A DNA stretch of 64,000 bases from Thermodesulfobacteriota bacterium (GTDB lineage Bacteria > Desulfobacterota_D > UBA1144 > Nemesobacterales > JAJCZQ01), in assembly GCA_965215275.1 (NCBI GenBank), contig OZ244044.1, forward strand, positions 320,001 through 384,000, written 5' to 3'. Below the pieces are notes generated by a model. That model was not told the origin of the DNA, searched no databases, and saw nothing but the letters and a program-made list of their open reading frames with translations. Positions 29,430 through 40,239 of the stretch are shown here, piece after piece. Made by a program: the position numbers and the translations under genes. Position 1 is the first letter of the stretch, and each line of letters begins with the position of its first letter.

Positions 29430-30902
29430 ATGAAAAGTCTGATATTTTTTCTGCTGCTCTTCACGCTACAGTTCACCACTGATACTTCAGCTGCGTCCGA
29501 CCACGATATAAGAAACTCCATAGTCAAGATCTATACCCAGGTTATAACTCCAAGCTACTCTGACCCCTGGACCATGAACAGCACCCGATCCCACACTGGT
29601 TCCGGATGCATAATCTCGGGAAACAGAATACTTACGAACGCCCACGTCATAGCCAATAACACGCTGGTTCAGGTAAGAAGATACGGAGAGGTGAAAAGAT
29701 ACACTGCAAAGGTGCTCTACGTCTCACATGAAGCGGACCTGGGAATATTAACGGTTGATGACCGGGAGTTCTTCAAAGACGTTCAGCCTCTGCAAATCGG
29801 TTCACTTCCAGGAACGCAGGAAGAGGTACTGGTATATGGGTTTCCCAAGGGAGGCGACACTCTCAGTATCACAAAAGGGGTTATTTCCCGTATAGAGCAT
29901 GAACCATACGCCAACAGTAACCTCTCACTGCTTGCTGCACAGATAGATGCACCTATCAATCCAGGGAACAGCGGCGGACCGGCAATAAACAACGGCGTTG
30001 TCTTTGGAATAATAATGCAGACGCTGACCAGAGCGGAAAATATAGGCTATATGGTCCCGCCACCGGTCATTGACCATTTTTTAAAAGATATTGCACAAGG
30101 TAAATACAGCGGATTCCCCTCTCTGGGCATAAGGACGCAGAACATCGAGAACGATGGGCTGAGAAGAAAATACGGACTGAAAGGGGATCGAACCGGCGTG
30201 CTTGTAACGAACGTTGTTCCCGGATCACCGGCAGATGGCAGGATAATGGTCAAGGACGTGCTGCTTTCGGTCGAAGGAAAGTACATCTCCGGGGACGGCA
30301 CAGTGGAGTTCAGACGTAAAGAAAGGACCCACTACTCATACTATATTCAGAACAAACAGATAAACGACGACCTTGACCTGGAGGTCATAAGAAATGGTAA
30401 AAGAACAAAGGTCAGCGTTGTGCTTGATACACCAATGCAGGATATACACCTGGTAAAATTTCAGAAAGAGGCAGTGCCGACCTACTTTATTTACGGCGGG
30501 CTGGTCTTTTCTCCGCTTACCGTTAATTATCTTAAAGAGTGGGGAAGGAACTGGTTCCGTACAGCACCAAGCAAGCTTATAGCAGTGGCTGAAAACGACC
30601 TGAAAAAGAAAGAGAACGAACAGGTCGTCGTTCTGATCAAAATACTGGCTTCAGAGGTCAATCTCGGATACCACGAAAACAGAGACCTGATTATCAAAAA
30701 GGTAAACGGAAAAGATATAAGTAATATAAAAGATCTGGTCAGAACAGTTAAGAACACCAAAGGGAAGTTCGTAAGTTTTGAAGACACGACCGGTACAGAG
30801 ATCGTCCTTGACAGAAAGCAGGCAGAAAGAAAAAACCCCGAGATACTAAGGATCTACAGGATAAACTCGGACAGATCGGACGATCTCAAGAATTTAAGAT
30901 AA
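29430..30902 (+). CDS. HtrA/Deg-type serine protease with PDZ domains
   Basis: Signal peptide, LTNAHV, DLG, INPGNSGGP. Confidence 0.9.
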   Translation: MKSLIFFLLLFTLQFTTDTSAASDHDIRNSIVKIYTQVITPSYSDPWTMNSTRSHTGSGCIISGNRILTNAHVIANNTLVQVRRYGEVKRYTAKVLYVSHEADLGILTVDDREFFKDVQPLQIGSLPGTQEEVLVYGFPKGGDTLSITKGVISRIEHEPYANSNLSLLAAQIDAPINPGNSGGPAINNGVVFGIIMQTLTRAENIGYMVPPPVIDHFLKDIAQGKYSGFPSLGIRTQNIENDGLRRKYGLKGDRTGVLVTNVVPGSPADGRIMVKDVLLSVEGKYISGDGTVEFRRKERTHYSYYIQNKQINDDLDLEVIRNGKRTKVSVVLDTPMQDIHLVKFQKEAVPTYFIYGGLVFSPLTVNYLKEWGRNWFRTAPSKLIAVAENDLKKKENEQVVVLIKILASEVNLGYHENRDLIIKKVNGKDISNIKDLVRTVKNTKGKFVSFEDTTGTEIVLDRKQAERKNPEILRIYRINSDRSDDLKNLR

Positions 30903-31398
30903 ACACTTTTCTTGCCTTCATTACGTTCTTATGTTTTGTGAGGAAGAAGTTCTTATTTTTACTGTACCTTCCATGGATCCTCACCACTGAACCATCCTTG
31001 ATATCATCAATAAAACCCCTGCCGTAGACCTTGAGGGTTTTATTATCATCGATCAGATTAAATAAAGTGAACTTTTTACCGTTTATGAACTTCTTATACT
31101 TCAAACCAGATACTCTGCCGTCGATCGTTATAACCTCTTTATTGTACTTATCAGGATCAGACACAACACCTGAGATCGTCAGATCAGACCTCTCAAGCGG
31201 ACCTATATCCGTATAGCTTTTATAACCATCATTAATTTTTGCAGGTAGAGGCGCAGAGTAGATGCCCATATACGTTGGTATGCCTTTATAATCATCATTA
31301 ATTTTTGCAGATACAGGGACACTAAAAGTTAAAATACCAAATAAAAGGATCAGAAACGCACGCAGTATATTGTTGTTCTTGTTCATAATTGATTTCAA
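30886..31398 (-). CDS. Exported OB-fold protein
   Basis: Signal peptide; DPDKYNKEVITIDGRV...FTLFNL...VRIHGRY; short internal repeat AKINDxYK. Confidence 0.6.
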   Translation of the reverse strand: MKSIMNKNNNILRAFLILLFGILTFSVPVSAKINDDYKGIPTYMGIYSAPLPAKINDGYKSYTDIGPLERSDLTISGVVSDPDKYNKEVITIDGRVSGLKYKKFINGKKFTLFNLIDDNKTLKVYGRGFIDDIKDGSVVRIHGRYSKNKNFFLTKHKNVMKARKVFILNS

Positions 31399-31764
31399 AA
31401 AAAGATCAGAAACAAAAGTATAACCTAAGTTGAGTTACAAACGCTGATAAAAAATACATAATATCTGAATTTTCCGCTAACACACTTTTATATACAGCTA
31501 TTTCAGTCAACCAGGTGTTTAAATAAAAACCTCTATATAACTAACATGACTACACATATGAGGATTGGAAAATATATAACTGCATTCCTGTTCCTCAAAA
31601 GACCTGTTAAAAACCTTCATCTATACCTTAATCAGAAAAATATACACTATTTATTTTAAAAATAAAAATTATGGAATAATATATTTTAGTACCAAAGGTA
31701 ACTATGTTAATAACTTGAACTTTTAATTTGAAACCTTAACTAACTTAATATAAAGTTTCTCTAT

Positions 31765-32175
31765 ATGCCGATTGCAACGAACAAAGAGGTTTCCAGACAT
31801 TATATCGAAGAACTGCAGAACGCAAAAAATCTTGATGTAATCAACGAGATGATGACCGAGGATTGCCAGGTCCATTTCGGTTCAAAGTGTTTAAGCAGGG
31901 AACAATACAAGGATACGGTTGAAACACTCCAGAAGCATTTCCCTGACATCCATGTGATAATCAAAAATCAGGTCGCTGAAGGAGACACGGTCGTAACACA
32001 GTGGAGAACCTATTTCACACATTCTCACAAAATGATGGGAAAAGAACCAACCTACGAACATATAAACATAGGTGGTGCATCAATATACAGAATAGTCGGA
32101 AATAAGATCCTTGAAGTGTGGATCTACTGGGACAGACAGGATATAATGAAGCAGATCGGGGTTACCTACGGATAG
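31765..32175 (+). CDS. SnoaL-like ester cyclase family protein
   Basis: FPDIHV...VAEGDTV...W...TH...PT...KILEVW..WD. Confidence 0.8.
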   Translation: MPIATNKEVSRHYIEELQNAKNLDVINEMMTEDCQVHFGSKCLSREQYKDTVETLQKHFPDIHVIIKNQVAEGDTVVTQWRTYFTHSHKMMGKEPTYEHINIGGASIYRIVGNKILEVWIYWDRQDIMKQIGVTYG

Positions 32176-32400
32176 CACGCACGCTCTTTATATTCTGAAC
32201 TGATCGATCACCTAATTAGTTTTAATTACTCAACTGCACTTTCAAGCCTGATATTGTTTTTGATATCTCTACGCACTTCAAGTATCAGTGCCACTTTTCA
32301 GTTCCTCTACTGCTTCTGATATCTGATACGAACCTTGTGCTCTTTTACCAAAACCATCTATAAGATATCAAACATATTCAGTTTACACCCACGATAAAAA

Positions 32401-32445
32401 AACAGGGTTAACTGACCGCTAGTACAACGTTCAGTTAACCCTGTT
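32401..32445. terminator. Long stem-loop, likely terminator of the convergent minus-strand gene
   Basis: AACAGGGTTAACTGA / TCAGTTAACCCTGTT perfect 15-bp stem with an A-run on its left. Confidence 0.65.
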
Positions 32446-32538
32446 CACATTCAATATATCACACAGTCATCTCTTGCTGACCACTTGAGAATGTATTCCT
32501 CTGGGTCGCCAACATTAGTGCTGCGAGGTTTTATCTAA

Positions 32539-33714
32539 TCACTCAGGACGATTTTCCCAGACAAAGATGTATGAATCCGGGTTATCGTCGTTAGTGAAAT
32601 AGTCTCTGTTGTCTTCAAGCGCATCTAACAATTCTTCCCCTTCCTTTCCTCTCAAGATATCAGCAGCCTCTCTGACCCTGTTTCTAATCTTTTCAAGCCT
32701 AGTGAGGTTTTCGGGATCGACATTGGGATTATTTTCATCCAGATAGATCCCTGCTCCTACTACATATTGTCTACCATAGGCCTCAGCTATCCTGAAATAA
32801 CTGACTTTAGGTGGGTCAGACAAAGTGCTACGCTGTCCAGGCTTTGGAAACGTGTATGCATTCCATACACCCTCGTCCCTTTCCGCTCGAGAATTCAGGC
32901 TATTTAACTCATCTACCGCTTCTTCTCTAAATTCCCTTTTAGTATCATCCGTAAATTCGTAAATCAGCTGCGGAGAAGTCCCTATCAGTGTACCATCAGG
33001 ATGACATTTGACATCTACTGAAACTGAACCATCCGTTGAACTGTCCTCTAACTCTCCCAAAAACATGTAAAGTTCACCACTTTCATTCGAGATATTTGGT
33101 AATGTTTCAGTGTGACCCATGTTACTGTTACGATACCTGTTACACAACCTCGGAATGTTTTCTTCACTATAACTCCAGTACAGATTGTTTACATCATTGG
33201 TAACGGTATTAACCAACTTCCACAGATTTACAAATCTATCACCTGTGTCATTAGGTTTAAACAAGTTATGCCGATTTCCAAATCCAGTATCAAGAAGACA
33301 CATTCCTCCACCTACGAAACGGTTATCCGCCACTCTTTCTAAATACGAAAGCTTATAGCCTCCGTCACAATCCGTTTCAGAACCATCTTCCCATCTGTAA
33401 GTAACCCAACCTGAATTTTCGTCAGGACCTGCATCGGACAGAGCATCCATAAATTTGCCAAAAACAGGTATATCTTTTCTGTGCTCTCTCAAATCTGTTA
33501 CATCCTGCCCCACTAAAGTCTCGTCAGGATGGAAAATCAGTACATTCCGTACATCTTCGTACTTATCCTTTCCCTCTAAACCCGATACATCGTTTCCCCC
33601 CGAACTTGATACATCATTTCCTCCCGAACCCAGTATACCTTGTTCACCTCCACCACCACACGAAACAGTATAAAACGAAGTCAGCATCAACAATAGGACC
33701 AATATCTTCTTCAT
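32539..33714 (-). CDS. Lipoprotein with Cache-like sensory domains
   Basis: Lipobox TVSC; two HPD.TL.G...G(W/V)..Y....K.SY...VG(G/A)G segments. Confidence 0.6.
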   Translation of the reverse strand: MKKILVLLLMLTSFYTVSCGGGGEQGILGSGGNDVSSSGGNDVSGLEGKDKYEDVRNVLIFHPDETLVGQDVTDLREHRKDIPVFGKFMDALSDAGPDENSGWVTYRWEDGSETDCDGGYKLSYLERVADNRFVGGGMCLLDTGFGNRHNLFKPNDTGDRFVNLWKLVNTVTNDVNNLYWSYSEENIPRLCNRYRNSNMGHTETLPNISNESGELYMFLGELEDSSTDGSVSVDVKCHPDGTLIGTSPQLIYEFTDDTKREFREEAVDELNSLNSRAERDEGVWNAYTFPKPGQRSTLSDPPKVSYFRIAEAYGRQYVVGAGIYLDENNPNVDPENLTRLEKIRNRVREAADILRGKEGEELLDALEDNRDYFTNDDNPDSYIFVWENRPE

Positions 33715-34087
33715 AGCTCTACTCTCTCTGTAGCATTTGCGATGTAATTATATAAAACGTTCTACTCTTGTCAATTTTTATATTACTTCAACAATACTAA
33801 TACCATCTATTAGCCGTTATTTACCTCACGATAACGTTATATGATTTTCTTTCTTTGTCATGAGGTAAATTCGTTAAGGTTCACAGAGTTCAGTTTTTTA
33901 CCTTTATGTATCCTTGGAGACACGGTAGTGCAACTCTCTTGTACGGTTTAACTTTACGTTTCAATCCACTACTGTGCTCCAAAACCAAATGCATACCTAT
34001 TATCTTTCATCTGTTACATAAAAGCGTATAAGCATATAATCCGTTTCCATACAGAACTCCCCCAGTAATTGATCTCTGATTATATGA

Positions 34088-35497
34088 TCATTCTGAAGGT
34101 TCCGTCATTGACCAGGGGTCAAGTACCCCGTTAAGTTGCTGTTCAGATAAAAGTCCCTTCTCCATAGTGATTTCTCTTACGGTTTTACCAGTGGCGTAAG
34201 CCTCTTTAGCGATCGCCGATGCTTTGTCATATCCTATGATCGGAGCCAGACTGGTACACATGGCAAGACTTTTCTCAATCATATTCTCACAGCGGTCTTT
34301 ATCAGCTTTGATACCATCAATGCATTTGTCCACAAATACCCTGGAGACATTTGAAAGCAGACGTATGGACTGCAGTATATTATAAACCATCATAGGCATC
34401 ATTACGTTCAGTTCAAAACTGCCTGATTGACCTCCTATAGTGATGGCCGCGTCATTTCCTATCACGTGTGCTGAAACCTGTGCCACGGATTCCCCTATTA
34501 CAGGATTCACCTTACCAGGCATAATTGATGACCCTGGCTGGATCGCCGGAAGGATTATCTCCCCTACTCCACATCTAGGACCGCTGCCAAGCAGTCTTAT
34601 ATCATTTGCAATCTTCATCAGACTGACCGCAATGGTCTTTAATGCTCCGCTTGTCTCCACTACAGCGTCTTTTGCAGCCTGGGCTTCAAAATGGTTCTCA
34701 GCTTCTTTAAATCTGACCCTTGTCATCTTACTGATCTTACCTGCAACTTTTGAACCGAATTTTTTATTTGTATTTATTCCAGTTCCAACTGCGGTACCAC
34801 CGATCGCGAGTTCAGAAAGGCTGGCAGCAACATTATCAAGTCTTCTTACTCCGTGAGAGATCATGCTTGCATAACCCCCGAATTCCTGTCCGAGCCTTAT
34901 TGGTGTTGCATCCATAAGGTGGGTTCTGCCTATTTTAAGTACCTTATCAAACTGCCTGGATTTTTTTAAAAGTGCTCTTTCAAGGTATTTTAAGGCAGGG
35001 ATCAGGTCTTTTTTAACGGACACAAGCGTGGACACATGCATTGCCGTTGGAAAAGTATCATTACTTGACTGTCCCATGTTCACATGGTCGTTAGGATGGA
35101 CGTTAACTTTATCTCCGGTTTTTCCACCAAGGATCTCATTAGCCCTGTTGGCGATCACTTCATTAACGTTCATATTAGTGGAAGTCCCTGAACCGGTCTG
35201 AAAGATATCAAGGACGAAATGCTCATCCAACTTCCTGTCTATTACCTCTTTTGCAGCTTTAACTATCGCATTGCCAGTTCTTTTCTTGAGAAGACCAAGC
35301 TCCATGTTCGTTTCAGCCGCAGCGAGCTTTATCATACCCATAGCACTTATGAAATCAGGTGGCAGCGTTATACCACTAACGGGAAAATTACTTATAGCTC
35401 TGGCGGTTTGAGCCCCATAGTAAGCGGACTGCGGAACTTCCATCTCCCCCATGGCATCAGTTTCGATCCTGTATCCTTTTTTTACCTTGCTGGACAT
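34088..35497 (-). CDS. fumC: Class II fumarate hydratase
   Basis: QTGSGTSTNMN, GQSSNDTFPT, GSSIMPGKVNP; start set at MSSK with GAGG RBS. Confidence 0.93.
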   Translation of the reverse strand: MSSKVKKGYRIETDAMGEMEVPQSAYYGAQTARAISNFPVSGITLPPDFISAMGMIKLAAAETNMELGLLKKRTGNAIVKAAKEVIDRKLDEHFVLDIFQTGSGTSTNMNVNEVIANRANEILGGKTGDKVNVHPNDHVNMGQSSNDTFPTAMHVSTLVSVKKDLIPALKYLERALLKKSRQFDKVLKIGRTHLMDATPIRLGQEFGGYASMISHGVRRLDNVAASLSELAIGGTAVGTGINTNKKFGSKVAGKISKMTRVRFKEAENHFEAQAAKDAVVETSGALKTIAVSLMKIANDIRLLGSGPRCGVGEIILPAIQPGSSIMPGKVNPVIGESVAQVSAHVIGNDAAITIGGQSGSFELNVMMPMMVYNILQSIRLLSNVSRVFVDKCIDGIKADKDRCENMIEKSLAMCTSLAPIIGYDKASAIAKEAYATGKTVREITMEKGLLSEQQLNGVLDPWSMTEPSE

Positions 35498-35744
35498 AAT
35501 AAACACCTCTTTAAATAGGAATATAGATTTATCAAACGAGACAGCAGAACAAAAAATATCAAAGATAGACCACAAGTCAAATCATAACACTTTGAAACTA
35601 TTATCTGTTCCACTACTCGCATAAGAGTTCTTATTTTATTATTTGACATATATTTAAAATTATGTATATTAAAACCAATAAAAATAAAAGTTTTTGAAGT
35701 TGCTATTGAAATATATTTCAGAATCAGGTAGGATTTAAGATATT

Positions 35745-35960
35745 ATGGAAAATAAAAAACAAAAATTTGAAAGATTGGCTAATGCAAGGGTCAACAAAGC
35801 ACTAAAAAAGCTGGATTTGATAGGTAATCTGGCCAATAAGAACATCTATGATTACTCTGAGAATGAGGTAAATCTGATTATTAACGCACTTGACGAAAAA
35901 GTAAAAGAAGTTAAAACCAGATTTTTCCTGGTGCTGGATAATAAACAATTCAAACTTTAG
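35745..35960 (+). CDS. Small conserved hypothetical protein
   Basis: KFERLANARVNKALKKLDLIGNLAN..YDY pattern; RBS upstream. Confidence 0.65.
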   Translation: MENKKQKFERLANARVNKALKKLDLIGNLANKNIYDYSENEVNLIINALDEKVKEVKTRFFLVLDNKQFKL

Positions 35961-35972
35961 GAAGTATTAACA

Positions 35973-36143
35973 ATGAGTATATGTGCCTTAAAAATGGATG
36001 AAAAAAGAGATACAAGAAATCATCAAATCAAATCCTCTATTAAAAAACCGAGATAATTATTATACCTATGGAGGAAAGGATAAGTCCGTGTATTGATTGA
36101 AAAGATAACTAACTCGATTGATTCATTGTTATTAAAAGAATGA
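35973..36143 (+). pseudogene. Truncated GHKL/HSP90-like ATPase remnant
   Basis: Broken frames contain DNYYTYGG and LIEKITNSIDSLLLKE* (N-box-like ExxxNSID). Confidence 0.45.
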
Positions 36144-36444
36144 AAGATATAAATGATTATTTAGATGAGAATTTATAAACTAATCACTACCTTAGGTTTG
36201 TGTATGATATAGAACTGCCAGTATATCATACCGCTCTCCTTTTCCTGGGTAATGATTCTAAAGAGTTTTGACAGTTCTGATTTATTGCTGAGTTGACATA
36301 GATTATAAGAATTAGTGTTGAATTAGTTACTCTAAGCAGACAAGAATTCAACAGATTTATGTAAGGTAAAAAATATAAAACTAATTGGATGGATACATTG
36401 TAGAATCTAACAGCATATTAGAAAAAATTATGATAGGAGAAATT

Positions 36445-36795
36445 ATGGAAAAAGATAATAGAAATAAACACCATTCACTTGTTTTAAAAATGAATTCTGC
36501 TGAAAATTATAAAACAATACTTAAAGCAATAGGTTTGTATGAAAAGAAAATTAGTAGTGGTCATAGTCGTCTTAAACATGGAGATTATCCTAGTATAACC
36601 ACCACTCTTTCAAATGACTGGAGTCCTGGTATTAAAGAAAGTACTATTAAACAATTAGAAAAGTTAATTTATGATATAATCGAATTAGATAAAAAATACC
36701 CAGATAATATAAAAAATAGTGATTATCGTAATAATAAAGGAAAAAAATTACTTGATTTTTATAGAGATAAACAAGATAATGATATACAGGAATGA
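36445..36795 (+). CDS. HicA-like toxin
   Basis: ILKAIGL...SSGHSRLKH...IKESTIKQL resembles the HicA fold with its GxH-type His; GGAG RBS. Confidence 0.5.
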   Translation: MEKDNRNKHHSLVLKMNSAENYKTILKAIGLYEKKISSGHSRLKHGDYPSITTTLSNDWSPGIKESTIKQLEKLIYDIIELDKKYPDNIKNSDYRNNKGKKLLDFYRDKQDNDIQE

Positions 36796-36817
36796 GAGGA
36801 ATAATGGAGGGTATTAA

Positions 36818-37207
36818 ATGGAGAATATTAATTTAGAGAGTATAAATGAATTTGAGAGAAAACCTATTGAATCAGATATTAAACAAGAGTTTAAAAAAAA
36901 GTATGGATTAGATATTACAAAATATTTCAATAAAGGACATTTAGATTGGGGAAAAGACTTTAAATATCACGGTAAGTATAAAGGTAGGTATGAAATTTTT
37001 ACTTATTTTTGTACTTATAACGACAAACTTACAGCTTTATGTCCTGTGCTTGATCTGGATGCTTCAGAGAACCATATTGGTGGTAGAAAAGATGTTGATC
37101 TTTTAGTTGAACATTTAAAAGAACTTATAGATTTGGTTATTGCTGATATTAAACAAAGTGGTGGAGTATATCATAGTGCGTTTTCAGGTGAATATATAAG
37201 AGTTTAA
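36818..37207 (+). CDS. HicB-like antitoxin
   Basis: LTALCPVLDL..SE...EHLKELIDLVI; directly after the HicA-like gene. Confidence 0.5.
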   Translation: MENINLESINEFERKPIESDIKQEFKKKYGLDITKYFNKGHLDWGKDFKYHGKYKGRYEIFTYFCTYNDKLTALCPVLDLDASENHIGGRKDVDLLVEHLKELIDLVIADIKQSGGVYHSAFSGEYIRV

Positions 37208-37308
37208 TTGATTTACAGTATTTTTGTATGTAATTCCTCAAAATACTTAAGTAATTGCAAAAGTTAGTGACGCTAAAAAGCCTTATGTAATAAACAGTCC
37301 AGTATCTT

Positions 37309-38499
37309 TTACACCTTTTCAACAACCATGGCAATCCCCATCCCTCCACCTATACACAGTGATACCATTCCATATCTGGCATTTTTATAACTACTTAGTT
37401 CATGAAGAAGTTTTACGAGCAATACAGCACCCGTAGCTCCCACTGGATGTCCAAGTGCGATCGCTCCGCCACTCACGTTCAATCTTTCCCTCGGAATAGG
37501 GAAATCTCTCAGCACGGCAAGGGACTGTGCAGCAAACGCTTCATTAAGTTCAAAAAAGTCTATTTCATCAATGATCAGCCCTGCTTTATCCAGTGCGGAC
37601 CGCATTGCCGGGACCGGACCGATACCCATGATCGAAGGATCAACCCCTGACACAGCGTAGCTTTTCACCCGTCCCACAGGAGTTAACCCTAATTCCTTAA
37701 CTTTTGACCCTGAAGCTACAAGCACTGCGGCAGCACCATCATTAATGCCTGATGAATTTCCGGCAGTTACCGTTCCGTTCTTTTTAAAGACAGGCTTTAG
37801 TTTATTCAGTTGCTCAGAGGTTACCGATGGACGAGGATGTTCATCTACCTTGAATTTCACCGGGTCATCCTTCCTCTGAGGAATAAGAACGGGAACGACC
37901 TGATCCGTAAATTTATTGTTCTTTATTGCCTCTCCAGCCTTCATCTGACTGTTGTAAGCGAACTCGTCCTGCTCTTCTCTGGATATCTCATATCTCTCGG
38001 CAAGATTTTCCGCCGTTACTCCCATATGATAATCATTGAATATATCCCACAGTCCATCGTAAACCATTCCATCTATAAGCTTGTCCGTCGGTGAGGACAT
38101 CCTGTATCCCCATCTTGCTTTCTTCAGATAGAAAGGAGCCTGGCTCATATTTTCAATTCCACCCGCTATGATGCAGTGGTAATCCCCCGACCTGATAGCC
38201 TGTGCAGCGTGTATAACGGACTGCAGTCCGGAGCCGCACATCCTGTTGATCGTAACTGCAGGGGTCTCGACCTTTAATCCTGAATTGATCGCCACCTGTC
38301 TTGAAGGGTTCTGCCCCAGTCCTGCACCCAGGATATTACCCATTACACAGTCGTCTATTTCTTCTGGATCAACGGCCGTTCCTTTTATGACCTCTTTAAC
38401 GACCGCAGTTCCCAGATCGACCGCGGAAATATCCTTTAAAGCCCCTCCGAAGGTGCCTATTGCTGTCCTGAGCGGATTGCAGATAAAAACTTTCTCCAT
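37309..38499 (-). CDS. Acetyl-CoA C-acetyltransferase (thiolase)
   Basis: NRMCGSG, NEAFAAQ, GHPVGATG, CIGGGMG. Confidence 0.95.
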   Translation of the reverse strand: MEKVFICNPLRTAIGTFGGALKDISAVDLGTAVVKEVIKGTAVDPEEIDDCVMGNILGAGLGQNPSRQVAINSGLKVETPAVTINRMCGSGLQSVIHAAQAIRSGDYHCIIAGGIENMSQAPFYLKKARWGYRMSSPTDKLIDGMVYDGLWDIFNDYHMGVTAENLAERYEISREEQDEFAYNSQMKAGEAIKNNKFTDQVVPVLIPQRKDDPVKFKVDEHPRPSVTSEQLNKLKPVFKKNGTVTAGNSSGINDGAAAVLVASGSKVKELGLTPVGRVKSYAVSGVDPSIMGIGPVPAMRSALDKAGLIIDEIDFFELNEAFAAQSLAVLRDFPIPRERLNVSGGAIALGHPVGATGAVLLVKLLHELSSYKNARYGMVSLCIGGGMGIAMVVEKV

Positions 38500-38513
38500 A
38501 ATGCTCTCCCGTT

Positions 38514-39296
38514 TCAGCACCCCTGAAAGTTCGCTTTTCGTTTTTCAAGGAACGCACTCATTCCTTCCACTCTGTCCTCCGAATCAAAGCACTTAAGTCC
38601 GTTCTTCATTTCATAATCAAGCCCCTGTGCAATATCCATATCAGACCCGTTATTGATAACCTCCTTGGCAAAGCTGACAGCCAGAGGTGAATTGGACGCG
38701 ATCTGTTCTGCCATCTCAAGTGCTTCATCAAGGAGCTTTTCCTGCTCGACCACTTTATCAACAAGGCCTGTTTCAAGTGCTTCTTCGGCAGTGATCATTT
38801 TTCCGGTAAATATCAGTTCCTTGGCCTTTCCGATCCCTGTAATCCTGGTGATCCTCTGCGTCCCGCCCCAGCACGGAAAAAGTCCCAGCTTGGTTTCAGG
38901 AAAACCGACCTTTGCGTTGTCAGACGCTATGCGTATATCACACGCAACGGCAAGTTCACAACCTCCTCCCAGAGCATAACCATTAATCGCTGCAATAACG
39001 GGAAAAGGAGCCTGCTGTAAAGCGTTAAAGATGCCATGTGCCGCCTCGCAGTAACTTGTAAACCCATCCCTGGTCATTTCACGCATCTGCTCAATGTCCG
39101 CTCCAGCCACAAAGGCCTTTTTTCCGCTTCCTGTAATTATCAACGCTTTCAGGTTCTCATCAGGCATCTGATCGTCCGTGAACTTCTTAAGTTCCAGGAT
39201 CGTCTCCTGGCTCAGAACGTTAAATGACCTTGGCTTGTTGATCGTTAATATACCAACGCCGCTTTCCTTATTTTCAAACAGTATGTCCTTATACAT
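38514..39296 (-). CDS. Enoyl-CoA hydratase (crotonase)
   Basis: FVAGADI, GYALGGGCE, PETKLG. Confidence 0.93.
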   Translation of the reverse strand: MYKDILFENKESGVGILTINKPRSFNVLSQETILELKKFTDDQMPDENLKALIITGSGKKAFVAGADIEQMREMTRDGFTSYCEAAHGIFNALQQAPFPVIAAINGYALGGGCELAVACDIRIASDNAKVGFPETKLGLFPCWGGTQRITRITGIGKAKELIFTGKMITAEEALETGLVDKVVEQEKLLDEALEMAEQIASNSPLAVSFAKEVINNGSDMDIAQGLDYEMKNGLKCFDSEDRVEGMSAFLEKRKANFQGC

Positions 39297-39365
39297 CAGT
39301 AAACACCTCCTTACACAACGTAGCGGTTAATGATACTTATCTCAGGTAAAAACATGCAGATTTAC

Positions 39366-40226
39366 TTAATTATACTCAAAGAAACCCCTTCCTGACTTCC
39401 TTCCCAGATAGTTCAGCCTTACCATCTCCTTTAAAAGCGGAGCAGGTCTGAACTTAGGGTCCCCAAACTCCTGATAAAGCACGTTCAGCACATCGAGAGT
39501 TACATCCAGTCCGATAAGGTCCGCAAGTGATAAAGGTCCCATGGGATGATTTGCTCCGAGCTTCATAGCCGTGTCAATATCTTTTGCAGAAGCTATCCCC
39601 TCATCCAATGCAAAGATCGCCTCGTTTATCATCGGCAGCAATATCCTGTTCACCACGAAACCTGCCCTGTCCTTAACGATGACCGGATGCTTTCCAAGAC
39701 CTTCCACGAACTCTATTGCCGATCCCATGGTCTCAGCAGAGGTCCTGTCAGTTTTAACTATCTCCGTCAGTTTCATTAGGGGAACGGGATTAAAGAAATG
39801 AATTCCCAGAACTCTCTCGGGTCTGCTGGTCTGCATGGCAAGTTCAGTAACGGGGAGCGTGGAAGTGTTAGTTGCAATAATGGAGCTTTCAGAAGTATCT
39901 TTTTCTATCTTTTCAAAGACCGACCTCTTTACGCTCAGATCTTCACTGACCGCCTCGATCACTATTTCAGTATCGTTCAGATCGGAGTATTTTTCCGTTG
40001 TGTGAATACTTGCAGCTATCTTATCGGCCTGCTCTTCCGTGATCCTCTTTTTTCTCACAAGCCTCTTCAGTTCTTTCTCTATCTTCTGTAAAGCAAGATC
40101 AGCCGTCTCCTTTTCCAGGTCCAGAAGGTATACCTGCATATCTTTTGAGGCGACCAGCTGAGCGATCCCGGAACCCATCGTTCCCGACCCCACAACACCG
40201 ACTTTATCTATGTTTAACTTTGTCAT
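39366..40226 (-). CDS. 3-hydroxybutyryl-CoA dehydrogenase
   Basis: GSGTMGSG, EAVSE, HFFNPVP, GANHPMGPL. Confidence 0.93.
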   Translation of the reverse strand: MTKLNIDKVGVVGSGTMGSGIAQLVASKDMQVYLLDLEKETADLALQKIEKELKRLVRKKRITEEQADKIAASIHTTEKYSDLNDTEIVIEAVSEDLSVKRSVFEKIEKDTSESSIIATNTSTLPVTELAMQTSRPERVLGIHFFNPVPLMKLTEIVKTDRTSAETMGSAIEFVEGLGKHPVIVKDRAGFVVNRILLPMINEAIFALDEGIASAKDIDTAMKLGANHPMGPLSLADLIGLDVTLDVLNVLYQEFGDPKFRPAPLLKEMVRLNYLGRKSGRGFFEYN

Positions 40227-40239
40227 ATTATCATTCCTT

